Assembly: GCA_035556435.1 (NCBI GenBank)
Contig: DATMEY010000032.1
Location: 48,720 to 112,719, forward strand
Reading direction: 5' to 3'
DNA from: Ilumatobacter sp.
Lineage (GTDB): Bacteria; Actinomycetota; Acidimicrobiia; Acidimicrobiales; Ilumatobacteraceae
Length of the DNA stretch: 64,000 nucleotides
Shown: piece by piece, positions 62,501 to 64,000 of the stretch
Layout of the letters: each line of letters begins with the position of its first letter
Position numbering within the stretch: the stretch's first letter is position 1
The notes under the pieces: model-generated
Told to the model about the DNA's origin: nothing
Seen by the model: only the letters and a program-made list of their open reading frames with translations
Databases searched by the model: none
Position numbers and translations under genes: made by a program

Positions 62501-63971
62501 CGTGGGCGGGCGGCCTGACCACGCCGGCGTGGCCGCGATCGACGGCGACCCCAGCACCAGCTGGGTCACTGGGTTCGGTGACGCCACCGCGACGCTCGTG
62601 ATCGGCGAGGTCACCGAGCCGGTCACCGAGCTCACCGTCACGCAACCGCCGGGTCGGTTCACCCGCGCCACCGCGCTGGAGTTGACCGCAGCCGACGGGC
62701 AGACCCGCACCGTCGTGCTCGCTCCGGACGCTTCGGGGGTCGCCCGGGCTGTCGTCGAGCCACCGTTGCCGGCTGGGCAACTGGCACTCACGATCGCCGG
62801 TACCGAGCCGGAATCCACGATCGACCGCCGGTTCGGCGACCGCTTCGAGCTGCCGGTGGCGATCAGCGAGGTCGCCCTCGCCGGGCTTCCCGCGCTGCCC
62901 GACTACACCGAGGCGACGGCGCTCACCGAGTGCCTGCCGATCGTGGCGATCGGTGATGCCACGTTCGATGTGGCCCTGACCACCCAGCCCGATCCGGCCC
63001 GGCCGAGCTGGCTCGGGTCGGCCGAGCTGGTCGCCCTACCGTGCGGCCACAGCGCCGACCGCACGATCGAGCTCGCGGCCGGTTCACACCTGGTGACCGC
63101 GGCCGACGCGGGTGTGCCGGTCCAGCTCGACCGGCTGGTGCTGGCGCAGCCGTTCACCCCGGCGCCGGCCACGCCGTCCGTGACGGTCGACGGTGCGGGG
63201 CGGCGCGATCGCGAGCTCGCCGTCACCGGCTGCCCCGACGGCTGCTGGGTGATCCTTGGCGAGGGCTACAACCAGGCCTGGCAGGCATCGGTCGGCGGCA
63301 CCGATCTCGGCCCTCCGACGCTGCTCGACGGCGGCTTCACCGGCTGGTGGGTCGGGCCCGAGCAGGCTGCTGACGGCACGTTCACCCTGCACGCCCGCTG
63401 GACCGCCCAACGCCCCCTCACCATCGCCTACACCCTGTCCGCTGCGACCATCGCCGCCTGCATCGCTCTTGTGGTCCTCGACCGGCGTCGACGCACACCG
63501 CCACCACCGGTCGTCGAGTGGGCGCGCAGCGCCCGTATCGAGACGTGGTCCGCGCACCGGGTCTCGATACAACGGAGGGGCGGCTTCGCCGCGGGTGCGC
63601 CACTCGACCACCGTGGGGATGGCTGGGGGGAGGTGGTTCGTGTGGGTGTCGTGTGGATGCTTGCTGGCGGGCTGCTTGTGGGGCCTGGGGGGGCGGTTGG
63701 GGGGGTGCTCGGGACGGTGGGGCTGCTGGTGTTGCGCGATCGGCGGGTGCCCGAGCTGACGGCCGCGGCGACAGTGCTCACCCTTGCGGGTGCGGTACTG
63801 ATCCGCGAGCGACGCTTGGCACCGCTGCCCGACGGCGGTTGGCCGCACGTGTTCGAGCAGTACCACGGCCTGGGAATGTTCGCGATCGCCAGCGTGGTCG
63901 TCGCCGCGGTCTGCGCCGACGACACGAAACCCGAACAGGCGGCGCCGGGCTCACTACCCTCGGCGCCGTGA
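59586..63971 (+). CDS. AftD-like alpha-(1->3)-arabinofuranosyltransferase family membrane protein (DUF3367) with discoidin-like domains
   Basis: The ATG at 59586 overlaps the upstream stop (TAATG). N-terminus MPRHRSWVLLVLLAYVPALLSAPGRMPADSKLYLYLDPGRLL...FDPHQFAGWVPHQ. F5/8-type-C-like segments AVDGDPATAWIAGEHG and AIDGDPSTSWVTGFG. Contains in-frame repeat copies A3 and B3. Confidence 0.8.
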   Translation: MPRHRSWVLLVLLAYVPALLSAPGRMPADSKLYLYLDPGRLLRDAATTFDPHQFAGWVPHQHIAYLWPAGPWFWLFDTLGVPDWVAHRLWIGTLLAAAGLGVRWCARVLGLGAPAALAAALVYQLSPYLLPYVSRTSVMLLPWAGLGWIVGLTVRATRRGDAPSRWARWGDPAALALVVLTVGAVNATALAMVVPAPLLWLVHSVWLGDTRWRAAVGVAARTAVLAVGVSLWWVVMLVIQGRHGGDVLPYSESLADVSFTATSTEVWRSLGYWLFYVRDRFAPTTTAALPYLSSSPTILVSFAVPVLGLIALVAVRWRHRRFAALLLATGLILGVGVHPIDERSPLMRTFTGNGDEGLALALRSSTRAVPLAVLGLALALAAAVQAVGGFDRLNHRWPRWLSLSKPLSAQWVAAGVVGVVALANLPALWRAELVDPALERDPDPPAAWTAAASALDDPATRVLQLPGLEFGAFRWGYTVDQPLATMATSGLVTRDLLPLGAAAAMDLLYALDDRIQDGVLEPASVATLARLLGTSNIWLSNDAAYDRFDVTAPGIVRTWLDAAAGVGMPTAYGSPELNHTEVEMADARYLATPAVTDPAAPVVLYPVESLPQIARAAAGTLVISGSGDGVVDAAAAGLLPEQAALVYSAAIEADDLTATLADGDGLLVTDSNRARARHWRSSQDTTGFTESAGRDGAAPTELTEPAVGDARLPVFADAGTPVDPGTQTTAEQRGPVVARANTYGQPFALLPEHRPFMAVDGDPATAWIAGEHGDPVGAVLDLTLTEPGVVPTTLVTAQYAGESAQREITALSIRAYDATGELLGEPQSLTRQVGETPSPFDQVALDLPAGTARITLTIDAVEGGHPGTAGAVAGVGFATVDLGLGSTTEVVRTPSDALDVVGAGTPVTLSLTRLRVDPADRWRDDPEPTLVREFALPQQRVFTVTPTVRLDARAGDEQLAGLLNWPAYATSRVGGRPDHAGVAAIDGDPSTSWVTGFGDATATLVIGEVTEPVTELTVTQPPGRFTRATALELTAADGQTRTVVLAPDASGVARAVVEPPLPAGQLALTIAGTEPESTIDRRFGDRFELPVAISEVALAGLPALPDYTEATALTECLPIVAIGDATFDVALTTQPDPARPSWLGSAELVALPCGHSADRTIELAAGSHLVTAADAGVPVQLDRLVLAQPFTPAPATPSVTVDGAGRRDRELAVTGCPDGCWVILGEGYNQAWQASVGGTDLGPPTLLDGGFTGWWVGPEQAADGTFTLHARWTAQRPLTIAYTLSAATIAACIALVVLDRRRRTPPPPVVEWARSARIETWSAHRVSIQRRGGFAAGAPLDHRGDGWGEVVRVGVVWMLAGGLLVGPGGAVGGVLGTVGLLVLRDRRVPELTAAATVLTLAGAVLIRERRLAPLPDGGWPHVFEQYHGLGMFAIASVVVAAVCADDTKPEQAAPGSLPSAP
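60747..60804. repeat. Family-A palindromic repeat, copy A3, in frame inside the AftD-like CDS
   Basis: GGTGGTTTCGACAGGCTCAACCACC-GGTGGCCAA-GGTGGTTGAGCCTGTCGAAACCAC is translated as GGFDRLNHRWPRWLSLSKP, between two hydrophobic helices. Confidence 0.85.
63509..63612. repeat. Family-B repeat, copy B3, permuted (inside-out) and in frame inside the AftD-like CDS
   Basis: GGTCGTCGAGTGG...CGTATCGAGAC-loop-GTCTCGATACAAC...GCCACTCGACCACC. The B2 inner arms form the outer stem here, and the B2 outer arms form the inner stem. Translated as VVEWARSARIETWSAHRVSIQRRGGFAAGAPLDH. Confidence 0.7.
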
Positions 63972-64000
63972 GGTTCGACCGCCGCCCCGCGGCCCTGCTC

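Noticed and set aside
33273-63612. Possibility that the recurring palindromes are a CRISPR array
   Set aside because: Copies are kilobases apart, are not regularly spaced, are themselves long hairpins of two families, and no cas genes are present.

Overview
Very GC-rich, Actinomycetota-like chromosomal window with two parts. (1) About 1-17.1 kb is the right-hand portion of an integrated conjugative or mobilizable element. It carries a MobF/TrwC relaxase-helicase that runs off the left edge, with a candidate oriT next to it. It also has an orphan beta-class DNA methyltransferase operon and a repressor with a palindromic operator inside back-to-back leaderless promoters. A ~1,765-aa DarB-like methyltransferase/SNF2-helicase fusion follows, then a PAPS-reductase (DndC/IbrA-like) operon, an excisionase-like HTH protein, and an intact antitoxin beside a twice-frameshifted ParE toxin. 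An IS256-family insertion with 8-bp target duplications and a truncated tRNA-Pro fragment mark the junction with core DNA. (2) About 17.2-64 kb is core chromosome. It holds der, a DUF512 radical-SAM gene, ispH, an acyl-CoA synthetase, a GDPD and a GGT. Next comes an isolated three-gene pilin-like operon: a canonical prepilin, a 1,069-aa modular pilin with a vWA module and novel ~50-aa tandem repeats, and a TadG-like FN3 protein. After that lie a large N-heterocycle-type catabolic/uptake locus (3-subunit molybdenum hydroxylase, amidohydrolases, NitT/TauT-type ABC system), PPK2, an Opp/Dpp-type ABC transporter with three paralogous lipoprotein binding proteins, and two cell-envelope glycosyltransferases (PIG-V-like and AftD-like). 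The core part also contains two related families of long REP/MITE-like palindromes. Copies sit between convergent genes, supply a stop codon and a start codon to flanking genes, and occur twice in frame inside the AftD-like CDS. No rRNA, intact tRNA or CRISPR array was found. Many long ORFs in the track are GC-driven antisense artefacts. All functional calls come from motif recognition by eye and need HMM/BLAST confirmation.
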